This document shows, in pieces, positions 1 through 13,300 of a DNA stretch of 63,986 nt (its first letter is position 1; each line of letters opens with the position of its first letter). A program made the translations under genes and the position numbers. This stretch comes from Phoronis australis (Eukaryota > Animalia > Phoronida). The stretch spans positions 11,266 to 75,251 of the forward strand of contig NMRA01000737.1 of NCBI GenBank assembly GCA_002633005.1. The letters are read 5' to 3'. The notes under the pieces were generated by a model. The model searched no databases. It had not been told where the DNA came from and worked only from the letters and a program-made list of their open reading frames with translations.

Positions 1-762
1 GTGTATTATATAGTGTATTGTGAAGCGTCATACCATGTAGTGTATTATATAGTGTATTGTGAAGCGTCATACCATGTAGTGTATTATATAGTGTATTGTG
101 AAGCGTCATACCATGTAGTGTATTATATAGTGTATTGTGAAGCGTCATACCATGTAGTGTATTATATAGTGTATTGTGAAGCGTCATACCATGTAGTGTA
201 TTATATAGTGTATTGTGAAGCGTCATACCATGTAGTGTATTATATAGTGTATTGTGAAGCGTCATACCATGTAGTGTATTATATAGTGTATTGTGAAGCG
301 TCATACCATGTAGTGTATTATATAGTGTATTGTGAAGCGTCATACCATGTAGTGTATTATATAGTGTATTGTGAAGCGTCATACCATGTAGTGTATTATA
401 TAGTGTATTGTGAAGCGTCATACCATGTAGTGTATTATATAGTGTATTGTGAAGCGTCATACCATGTAGTGTATTATATAGTGTATTGTGAAGCGTCATA
501 CCATGTAGTGTATTATATAGTGTATTGTGAAGCGTCATACCATGTAGTGTATTATATAGTGTATTGTGAAGCGTCATACCATGTAGTGTATTATATAGTG
601 TATTGTGAAGCGTCATACCATGTAGTGTATTATATAGTGTATTGTGAAGCGTCATACCATGTAGTGTATTATATAGTGTATTGTGAAGCGTCATACCATG
701 TAGTGTATTATATAGTGTATTGTGAAGCGTCATACCATGTAGTGTATTATATAGTGTATTGT
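1..762. repeat. 39-bp minisatellite, about 19.5 identical copies, continues upstream of window
   Basis: unit gtgtattatatagtgtattgtgaagcgtcataccatgta, no spacers. Confidence 0.97.
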
Positions 763-1067
763 GGACGATCAGAAGCTGAGGACGCCTGTGATATGACCAA
801 CTGTTGTGTTACCCAAAATTCCACAGCAAGGAAGTTGCTTTGGTCAAAGGTCAGACTACATGATCTTGAGTCACATCTGGATCAGTCTCAATCAACAAAT
901 ATGTTGTATTTGCCATCAACAAGGTCACAGACTGAAGTTTCCCTCACTTTTGGTTGGGTGTTGCGTGACAGGTTTGAAGGTCTTTGTTTAGTCAAAGGGG
1001 ACTAGCAACCTTGTGGAAAACGTTTTTTAAAAAGTAGTTTTTAATAATTTTGGAATCAATACCACAG

Positions 1068-1304
1068 GTGCACGTGTGTCTGGAGGGTAAGGATGAGCAA
1101 CTCGATCCTGCAGATCCCAGCAATCCTACCGTCTTACACACTGGCTCCGAGGGACTCAATGCCTACTGGAGCGGACTTGATGATGAGAGTGGCATTACCA
1201 AGTACTACGTGGCAATTGGGACGACCTCTGGTGGCGATCAGGTGGTCGCCTGGAATGATGTGGGGCTGGAGACGACGGGACTGTTTGCTAGTCTTGGATT
1301 ACAG
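1068..1304 (+). CDS. exon 1 (in window), FN3-like repeat
   Basis: cag|GTG...CAG|gtact; VHVCLEG...AYWSGLDDESGITKYYVAIGTTSGGDQVVAWNDVG...LGLQ; phase 0/0. Confidence 0.85.
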
Positions 1305-4300
1305 GTACTTAATGTTTGTTTTTGGAAAAGACAACAAGGTTACCATTTTGAATCATTGGTTTCTTCAATGATGACCTGCACCTTGGGAAGGAACTAGGTG
1401 AATATAATTTCAATATGATTGAAAAAATTGAAAAATTGCATACTATTAGTATCAGTGTGTCATAACTATTGGCTTTTTGGCAAGCAATATTTACTTATTA
1501 TTTTTAGTATTTAAAAATAAATTTAATAAAGAACTCATCAATTGGTTTGAAGAGAGAATTGAAATTACTAGTCATTGTGAATGAAACAAGAATTGCCCAA
1601 AAATTAGGTTGTGGCAATTTCTACTTCATAGATACCATCTGATTCATCTTAAACTGCATGTTTTCCATTGGATGTTAGAAATTAAATGTGGAGTCATGAT
1701 ATTCAGTGATGAGAAGGGTCAGTAGAATGTTCAACTGTGTAGAAGAGTTGATGGGATGATGGTCCCTCACAGGTAGTTTGAAAAGATGCATTTATAACAC
1801 CAGGTGGACTGTTACTAGCACCGCCTTATGTGTTACTCATTAAACTAGTCTTCTCATTGCACACAAATTCATAACTTTTCCTCATTGAAGAACAGTTAGA
1901 ATTCTTAGTACTCTTGAACACCCGGTTTTGATGGTACTGAAATGGTGCCGTTACCTGGTTTTGCCTGAATCTGCAAAAGAATGACACTTCCACTGCATGA
2001 AGATTGTATTCTCCATGATAGCAAGTAGCAGCATAAATTGTGTTAATAGAACCAACATCGAATTTTAGCCGGCTTGACATGTTTCGGTGTCGTTTATTGA
2101 GACACAATCACCAGAAGAAAAGAAAAACACAGTGGTCACCTTGCTAGGCCCAACAACAAGTAATGAAACACAGACATAGTCAGTTACACCGAGTAATAAA
2201 CAAGACTAACAAGACAACCCTTGGTGTGCCAGTTGCCTTTTGAGACTGGTCTTGCACCTACTGATGTGTAGAGCCTCACGAATTTTAAAGGAGAATGCCA
2301 CCCAAAAAACAATTATCGTATTCGCGNAAAAGATGCATTTATAACACCAGGTGGACTGTTACTAGCACCGCCTTATGTGTTACTCATTAAACTAGTCTTC
2401 TCATGCACACAAATTCATAACTTTTCCTCATTGAAGAACAGTTAGAATTCTTAGTACTCTTGAACACCCGGTTTTGATGGTACTGAAATGGTGCCGTTAC
2501 CTGGTTTTGCCTGAATCTGCAAAGGAATGACGCTTCCACTGCATGAAGATTGTATTCTCCATGATAGCAAGTAGCAGCATAAATTGTGTTAATAGAACCA
2601 ACACCGGATTTTAGCCGGCTTGACATGTTTCAGTGTCATTTATTGAGACACAATCACCAAAGGAAAAGAAACACACAGTGGTCACCTTGCTAGGCCCAAC
2701 AACAAGTAATGAAACACAGACATAGTCAGTTACACCGAGTAATAAACTAGACTAATAAGACAACCCTTGATGTGCCAGTTGCCTTTTGAGACTGGGCTTG
2801 CACCTACTGATGTGTAGAGCCTCACGAATTTTAAAGGAGAATGCCACCCAAAAAACAATTATCGTATTCGCCATAATAACCGCCCAGGGCGCTTAGAAAA
2901 GTTCAGTTCTGGGGGGGCGCTTATTATAACCCAAGGCGGTTGAAACCCGGTCTCCGAAACGGGTGAAATCGGAAGCTAAGATGCATCAAATTTACGCTCT
3001 GTGACGTATCTGTAATCTATGAAAGACTTTCAACAAAACTGTGGTGCATTGCTGTCAAACTTTGCTACTTAATTACGATCATTTTACAGAAAATTGTGCT
3101 GAAATCCCAGGGCGAAAACTCGCCGACTGACTGCCTCGAAATCGCCGTCTTCGATATGGCGACTTCAATGCTTGAATAAAAATAGTTTTGACTCCAGCAA
3201 ATTACCTGAAATCTTCATTAGTTTTCTGACGTCTCTAAAATTTGTTTTTAAGTTCCCGTGGAGTCTGGATTAACGGCAGGTTTAAGTACAAATCTGTGCA
3301 ACATCGTGCCATCTACACGTATGATCGGCAACACGGCGAGAAAAGTGTCTGGACGAACACACATGTTGTTATCACGTGACGTTTGTTTTGAAGTTCGTCT
3401 GCATTTGAGAGTAAGCGAGCGCGTGCGTGTCACCAGAGTTCATTTGCCAAAGCAGAGACTGTCTTTTGGCCAGAGCCACACAATCTAACGAGCTAGATGT
3501 GCAGTCAAGCAGTAGACCTAAACCACAACGTGTTTCATTCAGCACTTGCCGGTCTCATGTGCTAAAAACGTTCGACATTTGTCTCGGTAAGGCCCATATT
3601 AGTCGCCATGTAGCTGGATGCGNNNNNNNNNNNNNNNNNNNNNNNNNNNNNNNNNNNNNNNNNNNNNNNNNNNNNNNNNNNNNNNNNNNNNNNNNNNNNN
3701 NNNNNNNNNNNNNNNNNNNNNNNNNNNNNNNNNNNNNNNNNNNNNNNNNNNNNNNNNNNNNNNNNNNNNNNNNNNNNNNNNNNNNNNNNNNNNNNNNNNN
3801 NNNNNNNNNNNNNNNNNNNNNNNNNNNNNNNNNNNNNNNNNNNNNNNNNNNNNNNNNNNNNNNNNNNNNNNNNNNNNNNNNNNNNNNNNNNNNNNNNNNN
3901 NNNNNNNNNNNNNNNNNNNNNNNNNNNNNNNNNNNNNNNNNNNNNNNNNNNNNNNNNNNNNNNNNNNNNNNNNNNNNNNNNNNNNNNNNNNNNNNNNNNN
4001 NNNNNNNNNNNNNNNNNNNNNNNNNNNNNNNNNNNNNNNNNNNNNNNNNNNNNNNNNNNNNNNNNNNNNNNNNNNNNNNNNNNNNNNNNNNNNNNNNNNN
4101 NNNNNNNNNNNNNNNNNNNNNNNNNNNNNNNNNNNNNNNNNNNNNNNNNNNNNNNNNNNNNNNNNNNNNNNNNNNNNNNNNNNNNNNNNNNNNNNNNNNN
4201 NNNNNNNNNNNNNNNNNNNNNNNNNNNNNNNNNNNNNNNNNCAGGAGATCCTAGATCTGTGTTGTTTATACTTGTGATTTTTTTAGTTCTAAACACACAA

Positions 4301-7300
4301 AATGCTTGTTATCCCGGCCAGTGGCTTGGAACCTGATCAGGCCCGTCGCAGCCGCTGGGACTGGCACGAACATAAACCAGCTTGAGTTGGAAACTAAACC
4401 TCTAGTCACGAAAAGACTATAATAGTGAGCCAAAGAATTAATATGCACGTAATTATTTATGTGAATTAGCCACGAAACTGAAAATCTACATACTTGTCGG
4501 GGGCCGCGAATTCGGGTTCCCCTTCCACAGACTGTCAGGGCAAAGGTTGCACAGAAACAATGTTTTGAATGTATTTTTATTTCTAAATAAAGATTTCCCT
4601 AACATGTGACAATAGCATACGAAACCGAGTAATTGTTTCACAACAGCTTTCTGTCAGCAAACAGTGAATTAGCATGCGCTCACACGACCTCGATGGTTGC
4701 CCGGTCAATTACATTTGTTGCCGGCATCAAAAGCCGGTAATGCAGTGGTTTATTATTCATTGCTGGCTTCTCAAAACATTTGCACTCACGAGCACTCCAA
4801 GGCATTACAGATTATATTTAATGAGACAGACTTTGTTTCAGTTTCATATTAGCATTCATTGGTTAGTATCATTTTAGGATGGGCATAATTCATTTTGAAA
4901 CAGAACGCAGAATAATAAACGTCAACATGGCGACTTGCCCGACGCCAATCCCAACTTAGTCGAGAGCTCGTCCGACGAACACTTCACGAGTCGGATAGTT
5001 ACTAGGTTTCACAGGCTATCAGTTCGAACTGGAATACACTGATCAAGAAATACTAGAGAGGCGCCATGAACATGCATAGGCAATGGAACGTAAAATTGGA
5101 TAGTTCTTTGGTAAGCTGGAATTCGTCAGAGAAATCACTGCTGGCCACAGACACGGAGATGTTTCACGGCCTCATACTTGCTATTAAAAGCATACCTTTC
5201 ATTCTTCACTACCGCGAGCCACTTCCTAAGCATTTCGGGCGCTCGAGGAAGTCGAAAAAAACGAATATGCTCACTTTCTTCGCAGCTTCATAGTTTGGAA
5301 AAGTGGGAACCGATGCGCCGCAATATAGCAGCATTCACTCTGCAGACGAACCACTGACGATACTGCGTCGCTTCTCACCTTCCTCACAGGTTAACGCGAC
5401 ACCTCTCGGCAAGGTGAGGTCGATCGTGTAAGAGGCGATGTGGATATAGACCGATTAAGATATATGGTAAAAAGACTAATTAAATCGGGTGGCATTCTCT
5501 TTTAAGCTCCTTTGTTGTTTCTGGTTGGTCTATTATAGCAAAGTCATTGAAAGAGCATTGCTGATAACGATAATTGGAGCTCTAGGGATGAATATTGGTA
5601 ATGTGAATCTCCGTCAGAATTTAGATATTGCCTGGTTTGGGTTTTCAAATGGCTAACAGTTTTGCCAATATTACTGGAGCCGTATCCAGCACAGATAAAT
5701 TTGTACTCTACACTGTCTGGTCCCTACTTGTTGTTGAGCCTAGCAAGGTGGCCGCTGTGTTTTTCTTTTCTTCTGATGATTGTGTCTCAATAAACGACAC
5801 CGAAACATGTCAAATCCATAGTACAGTTGTTTTTATTAACAGAAGTTTAATATTATTTTAAAAATCAAGTTAGAATATGTTGTGATATATGTCCTGTGTG
5901 TAACAATTTATTTGTCGTGTCATCCAGCCATGCAGCACGAGTGGTCTCTACTACTACATCAGTTTAAGTGTGTCATTGCTATGTGCTCCATTTGTGATCT
6001 TGCAGCCATTCAGCACGAGTGGTCTCTACTACTACATCAGTGTAAAGTGTGTCATTGCTATGTGCTCCATTTGTGATCTTGCAGCCATTCAGCACGAGTG
6101 GTCTCTACTACTACATCAGTGTAAAGTGTGTCATTGCTATGCGCTCCATTTGTGATCTTGCAGCCATTCAGCACGAGTGGTCTCTACTACTACATCAGTG
6201 TAAAGTGTGTCATTGCTATGTGCTCCATTTGTGATCTTGCAGCCATTCAGCACGAGTGGTCTCTACTACTACATCAGTGTAAAGTGTGTCATTGCTATGC
6301 GCTCCATTTGTGATCTTGCAGCCATTCAGCACGAGTGGTCTGTACTACTACATCAGTGTAAAGTGTGTCATTGCTATGTGCTCCATTTGTGATCTTGCAG
6401 CCATTCACCACTAGAGGTCTCTACTACTACATCAGTGTAAAATGTGTCAACGGAGCTGGTGATGAATCCAGCGTTATGACGTCCAATAGGATTAAAGTCC
6501 TGGCTGGCAATGAGCCTGGCGTGGTGTTTGATGGACGGGTCAAATATGAGGACGCCAGATGGCAGGATGATGTCACTTCTGTGGCCATGTCCTTCAAGGG
6601 ATTCAAGTCTGAAGCATGTGGTATTGTGGGTAAGACCATTTCAAATGAATGATGACTTTCGCAGTCTTGGCAAAGCAAATTAACCTCATTCCTTGTTTTT
6701 GCTCGTACTTTTACTGCATTATTTCTTCAGTAGTTTACCAAAAAGGTTTATTGCACAACGATGTTAATGAAAGTCTCCTGTTGTACTGCGACATTTGACT
6801 TAATACAGATGAATGTCGTTTGCATGTCACCCTTACTACCTGCACTGAGCATTTTCTTTAGATTATACAACTGTGCTGTAGCCAGCTTTTGACTCGACCT
6901 GAGTAGTAATAACATTGCTTTTAAATTAGTGTCTGTGTCATCATTTCAGGTTATGACTGGGGTATTGGTAGTCAGGCGGGCTACACAGACCTTCAGCCAT
7001 TCATGATGGAGGGTATTGTGATGGATGTTAACAATACTGGCTATGCACAGGCTAATCTTCACTTGACCAAGGAAAAGGTAATATGTTGCTGGTGGAATGT
7101 ATTTGAATAAATATCAACATTTTGTAAGACGCAAAAAATGGCAAAAAAGTCCAAAACTTGTGTTTACAACTTACACCCCACTCACCCAGATAACCTGCAG
7201 ACAGTGCATTACCATGATGCATTACCATGATGCATTACCATGATGCATTACCATGATGCATTACCATGATGCATTACCATNGGGTCAAATATGAGGACGC

Positions 7301-10300
7301 CAGATGGCAGGATGATGTGACTTCAGTGGCCATGTCCTTCAAGGGATTCAAGTCTGAAGCATGTGGCATTGTGGGTAAGTAATAATAACATTAACACTTC
7401 AGTGGCCATGTCCTTCAAGGGATTCAAGTCTGAAGCCTGTGGCATTGTTGGTAAGACCATTTCAAATGAATGATGACTTTCGCAGTCTTGGCAAAGCAAA
7501 TTAGCCTCATTCCTTGTTTTTGCTCGTACTTTTACTGCATTATTTCTTCAGTAGTTTACCAAACAGGTTTATTGCAAAAAGATGTTAATGAAAGTCTCCT
7601 GTTGTACTGCAATATTTGACTTAATACAGATGAATGTCCTTTGCATGTCACCCTTATTACCTGCACTGAGCATTTTCTTTAGATTATACAACTGTGCTGT
7701 AGCCAGCTTTTTACTCGACCCGTAATAATAACATTACTTTTAAATTAGTGTCTGTGTCTTCATTATAGGTTATGACTGGGGTATTGGTAGTCAGGCAGGC
7801 TACACAGACCTTCAGCCATTCATGATGGAGGGTATTGTGATGGATGTTAACAATACTGGCTATGCACAGGCTAATCTTCACTTGACTAAGGAAAAGGTAA
7901 TTATATTGCTGCTGGAATGTAGTTGAATAAATCTCAACATTTTGTAAGATGCAAAAAAATGGCAAAAAAGTCCAAAACTTGTGTTTACAACTTACACCCC
8001 ACTCACCCAGATCACCTACAGACGGCGCATTACCATGATGCATTACCATGGTGCATTACCATGATGCATTACCATGGTGCATTACCATGATGCATCACCA
8101 TGATGCATCACCATGATGCATCACCATGGTGCATCACCATGGTGCATCACCATGGTGCATCACCATGGTGCATCACCATGGTGCATCACCATGGTGCATC
8201 ACCATGGTGCATCACCATGGTGCATCACCATGGTGCATCACCATGGTGCATCACCATGGTGCATCACCATGGTGCATCACCATGGTGCATCACCATGGTG
8301 CATCACCATGGTGCATCACCATGGTGCATCACCATGGTGCATCACCATGGTGCATCACCATGGTGCATCACCATGGTGCATCACCATGGTGCATCACCAT
8401 GGTGCATCACCATGGTGCATCACCATGGTGCATCACCATGGTGCATCACCATGGTGCATCACCATGGTGCATCACCATGGTGCATCACCATGGTGCATCA
8501 CCATGGTGCATCACCATGGTGCATCACCATGGTGCATCACCATGGTGCATCACCATGGTGCATCACCATGGTGCATCACCATGGTGCATCACCATGGTGC
8601 ATCACCATGGTGCATCACCATGGTGCATCACCATGGTGCATCACCATGGTGCATCACCATGGTGCATCACCATGGTGCATCACCATGGTGCATCACCATG
8701 GTGCATCACCATGGTGCATCACCATGGTGCATCACCATGGTGCATCAACATGGTGCGTCACCATGGTGCGTCACCATGGTGCGTCATCATGGTGCGTCAC
8801 CATGGTGCGTTACCATGGTGCGTTACCATGGTGCGTTACCATGGTGCATTACCATGGTGCATTACCATGCAGCATTACCATGGTGCATTACCATGGTGCA
8901 TTACCATGAAGCATTACCATGAAGCATTACCAAGAAGCATTACCATGATGCATTACCATGAAGCATTACCATGAAGCATTACCATGATGCATTACCATGA
9001 TGCATTACCATGATGCCTTTTGTGTTTCCTATGCAACTGACTGGTTGATAAACCTAATCTGGTGGAAATAATTACAGGTACACACAACTTTCTAACACAG
9101 ATTTACATGCTCAAATAACTTGAGCAGGTCTTTATGACTTTAGACTTGACTTCAATTTGCTGCTTGGTTAGAGTGTACTCAGCTGTTGCCACAATTCTTT
9201 TGATGTCCCAAGACACAAAAGCACCGCTCCTAGTCTAGTCTAGGTGTAGCAAAGTCTGTCATGTCCATTTAATGCTCAAAGTATTATAGTAATGAGATAT
9301 GAGAACTTCTCAAGGTCAGTAATTCTATTCAGAATAGGAAATAAGGTGAGACCGGCCTCCCGTTCAGTAACGCTAGGACCTAGCTTAAAAGCAAGACTTT
9401 GCGAGATTACCCGACATATTGCCGTGTATTTTAAATTAGAGCATGTGACCTTGACTAGCTTTTGGCTAGGTCCTAGCGTAGGTCCTAGCGTCTACTGAAC
9501 GCACGCCAGTTTTTTGTGTGATCACTAAATATTTTCGTCCTACTGAAGGTGAAGGAATATAGTATTGGAGGGTGTCATTCTATCCGTCTGTGCAAGGGAA
9601 ATGTTTTGTGCTCAACATTTCTCACCTATACCTTATGAATTGCCATTGCACACATTGTCAGTGTTTTAATGTGATTCGACCATATTATTTGCCTTGTCCA
9701 TATTCTGTATTCCTGATGAGTAGCGCTGTTCTCAGTGTTGAGGTAAGATTTTAGTGGTTGCCCAAGGGGGCGCTGTCCGCACGATGTGCACATTTTCACA
9801 ATGGCGTCAACTAATCATGGGATTCATCATGAAGTGTGTCATCCCTCATCTGTTGAAATTTAACTAGCTTATTCCACTCCTCGAATCAGCATTGCAGCTC
9901 ATGGCACAGCTGTAATACTTTGAATCAGCATTGCAGCTCATGGCACAGCTGTAATACTTTGAATCAGCATTGCAGCTCATGGCACAGCTGTAATACTTTG
10001 AATCAGCATTGCAGCTCATGGCACAGCTGTAATACTTTGAATCAGCGTTGCAGCTCATGGCACAGCTGTAATACTTTGAATCAGCATTGCAGCTCATGGC
10101 ACAGCTGTAATACTTTCCCAGCAAGGCTTGAATAGGATATAAAATATAAAGTATTCAGACGACAGATGCTAACATGTGAATCTCTATAGGAGGGAATGCG
10201 ATTCTGCTTACCTGCCCGTCATATCTGGAGGTGTGCCGCTATTTCATACCTCACGTCATGGGAGAGTGATCAGTGAGGAAGGCGGTACCTATAGCCTATT

Positions 10301-13300
10301 AGTGATTTTCTTGCATGCATGTGTCGTGCACAACCCCAACACAATGTTGCTGGGGATGTTGCTGTCTGACTGCCTTGTCACCAGAATGCAATAAGTACAA
10401 CTGTTGGTTTAAGACTTGTCAACAAACTTTGTAAACCAGGTTCCTCATACCGCAGTTTGACTAACGAGGCTATTGACAATGTTGTATCCTCTTTAGACTA
10501 TGATATCCTCGGTGTTTCATAGTGACTGATTTTGTACACGTTTTCTTTCACAGGCTTTCGTGACTGTGCGTGCAATCACAGGCCACAACTGTCATGAAAA
10601 CATCATTGTGTCGGAGTCTGATGGCGTGAAGCTGGATTCCACACCACCCACTTTGGAACTGAAGGAGTTTGGTACGGTGGTCGACTTCAGTGACCCACAT
10701 CGTGTAATCTACGAGAACAAAGAAGCAGACATGTTGAGTTTCCATTGGAACAGCATGGATTATGGTAACTTGTCTGTTGTGGAATTGTGGGTCAATTGTT
10801 GACTCAAATATATCTTTAGGTTACAGCTTATAGTTACTGCTGAAACAAAATGAACATTTACGCCCACATAATATAAGATTTCAGTCTTCTAATGATTGGT
10901 AGAATTTTAATTTGTCAGTAGCCAATCTTGCCTTTCATTCTAGTTATACACTGAACAGTCTTGTCAGCTGTGGTGTAAATACTTTTAAAATTATTTCTTA
11001 ATAAATCTTTCAATGACTTGTGTTCCTCAAATGCACTGTCAGTGAACCTTCTAAAGCGGCAAGGTGTCACTAGAGAACATTTCAAATGTCCTCCCCTCTA
11101 CTTTGACATTTTCTGTCAGGTGGGTAGTCATTGCTTGTTGTTGCTATCTTGTGCAGGTATTGGAAATAAGACCATGTACTACCGTGTCGGCCGTCTGCCA
11201 GGGGCAGGCGACCTGAAAGACTGGACTGCCACTGAGAAGTACCATATGCCCCTGGGCACTGTCAGACTAAGGCAAGGCGATCTGGTAAGAGCGCCAGGGT
11301 GTGATTTTCATAATTGTCATTAGTAGTGGATCTTACTGAGGGCTGTTCCAGCAAAATCTATATGGGAGGGGGGGAAGGCACTTTTATTTCATACCCACCG
11401 CCCATATTTTTCATTTATTTATCCAACCCATGACCCATAACTTTTTAATTATTTGTAATAGGTTAAAATATAAAATCCAACACTTGCAAACAAATTGCCT
11501 CCAGGAGGACCTGTTAAGAACTTAGATGATTGACAGACAAGAACTACTTGTCTTGTCCAATATTGTCAAAAACTAAAGTAGCCTGTGAGCCATGCTTTTG
11601 GCAGCCACCAGGTGTCTCTGTTCACCATGTGTCTATAATTTCAATGAACATTTTTTCAATTATAAGGATCTATGAATCTCAAACTGTCTCCACGAACTCT
11701 TTTATACTTCTATGTCAAGTGATTGGAACTTGTTTATCTTACTCCTAATACTTTTTATTTAAAAATCATCAATTTTCTTATATGTGTTAACACCAGTTTA
11801 GAGTTGCATAACTTTTCAATTCAGCAAGACTGCAGACAATCAGTTGGCTCAAATCAAGTTTCCCATGACTTGATTATTGGCTTAGAGAACATATTGCACT
11901 CTGTTCACTGTTAATATGGGCTTTTTTGTATTGGGGTAAGTTAGGATATATGCCAATTGCATTTTTTTGAAGTAACCAACCTGTCAACATTAACAGGTCA
12001 AAAAATACCACCCATTTTTAATGCATCACTCCTTACAGAAACAACCACCCATAATTTGAGTTTTTTTCTGAAGACCACCACCCATGAATTTTTATTTCTA
12101 CTGCCGTCCCCTCCTCGCACATGGATTTTACTGGAACAGCCCTGAGTAGTGTATATGTCAAAAAGTTTCAAGAAACATGTGGTGCTTATTTTCATTTTTT
12201 GGCTCAATGCAAGCACTCGAGAATAGAGGCGGAGAACTTATACGAGTAGAAGATTGACGTCAGTACTCGCACGGATTTCACAATGTAGCAGTTTGGTCTT
12301 GTTGGACAAACAAAACTGGTGCCTGCAAAAGTTACGTAAAGTAATTGTGGGAAGGATTTGGTAGAGCTGTTACACGAGGTGTACCGCTTCATCTCTTTAA
12401 TGTGTAACTTTACGTTTGATTTCCTACTACAAGGTGAGAGATCCATCCCCACTGGTCTCAGTGTAAACAAGGCGGCCACGGGGTTCTATTTGGGATTTGT
12501 AGCATTTGGTGTCCCTGGAATCTGGTATTTCTGTCAAGTTTTCGTTATAAGTTGGACAGACTTTAACAAAACTCTGCCAGACCCTGCCAAATATAGATGC
12601 ACGTCATTTTACTTTTTAGTAAATAAGATCCTTTGTTGTAATAAAATATTTAGCTTTTTTGTCAACCATTAGTCAGAGTTTAATATGAGATTATTGAGCC
12701 CAGTACTCTAGTGGTTCATTTGTGAATGGACTTGCACAGTAAGGCTGCCACACTTTTGACAGAGTGTGTGGGGCAACACCTGTTGAGATTTTGTCAAGAT
12801 TCAGTTGGAATGAGAGGGGTTCTTGATGAAAAATGGATCAGTTTTGTGCATTGAAACGTTAAATTTTGTTGTCAAGTTTGTTGTGAAATCTGATGCTTTT
12901 GGTAATCACTTACAGGGTATCACATTCTTAGAACCAGTTTTCTCCACTGAATAACATCATCAAACTGGTTCTCAAAATCAGTAACTGACCATGGTATATT
13001 ATAGGGACTTGGAATCACCACTTTGATTAGTCGCCATTGTTTTACAAAATCTCTTGCCGAAATTTAAGCTTCCATTTTATTGCTTTGCAGGTGTTTGGTG
13101 AGGTCATGTCAGTGGATCAGTTTGGAAATAGCATCAAGAAGTCGACGCCAGGTATCACCGTGGACGTGACGCCACCTTTTGTGGAGAAGTATCGCTGCTA
13201 TCCCTATGTGTCTACCACAAACTTGGGATTTGACTGCAGTTGGAAGATTGCTAGTGACAGCGAGAGCTCTGTAACTTGTAAGTGGTGTAGCACTAAAACT

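Noticed and set aside
1-762. CRISPR-like array or 334-aa repeat protein
   Set aside because: Head-to-tail identical 39-mers with no spacers and no cas genes in a eukaryotic intron; the ORF exists only because 39 is divisible by 3 and one frame lacks stops.
3427-4296. Long ORFs of 219-275 aa
   Set aside because: They are translations of the N gap.
7769-7896. Mutually exclusive duplicate of exon 3
   Set aside because: Encodes the same peptide and lies in a block that starts at a single n, so an uncollapsed allele is more likely.
8100-8974. His-rich repeat proteins (HHHGASPWCITMV)n
   Set aside because: All three frames give the same peptide from a 13-bp satellite; no splice or phase support.
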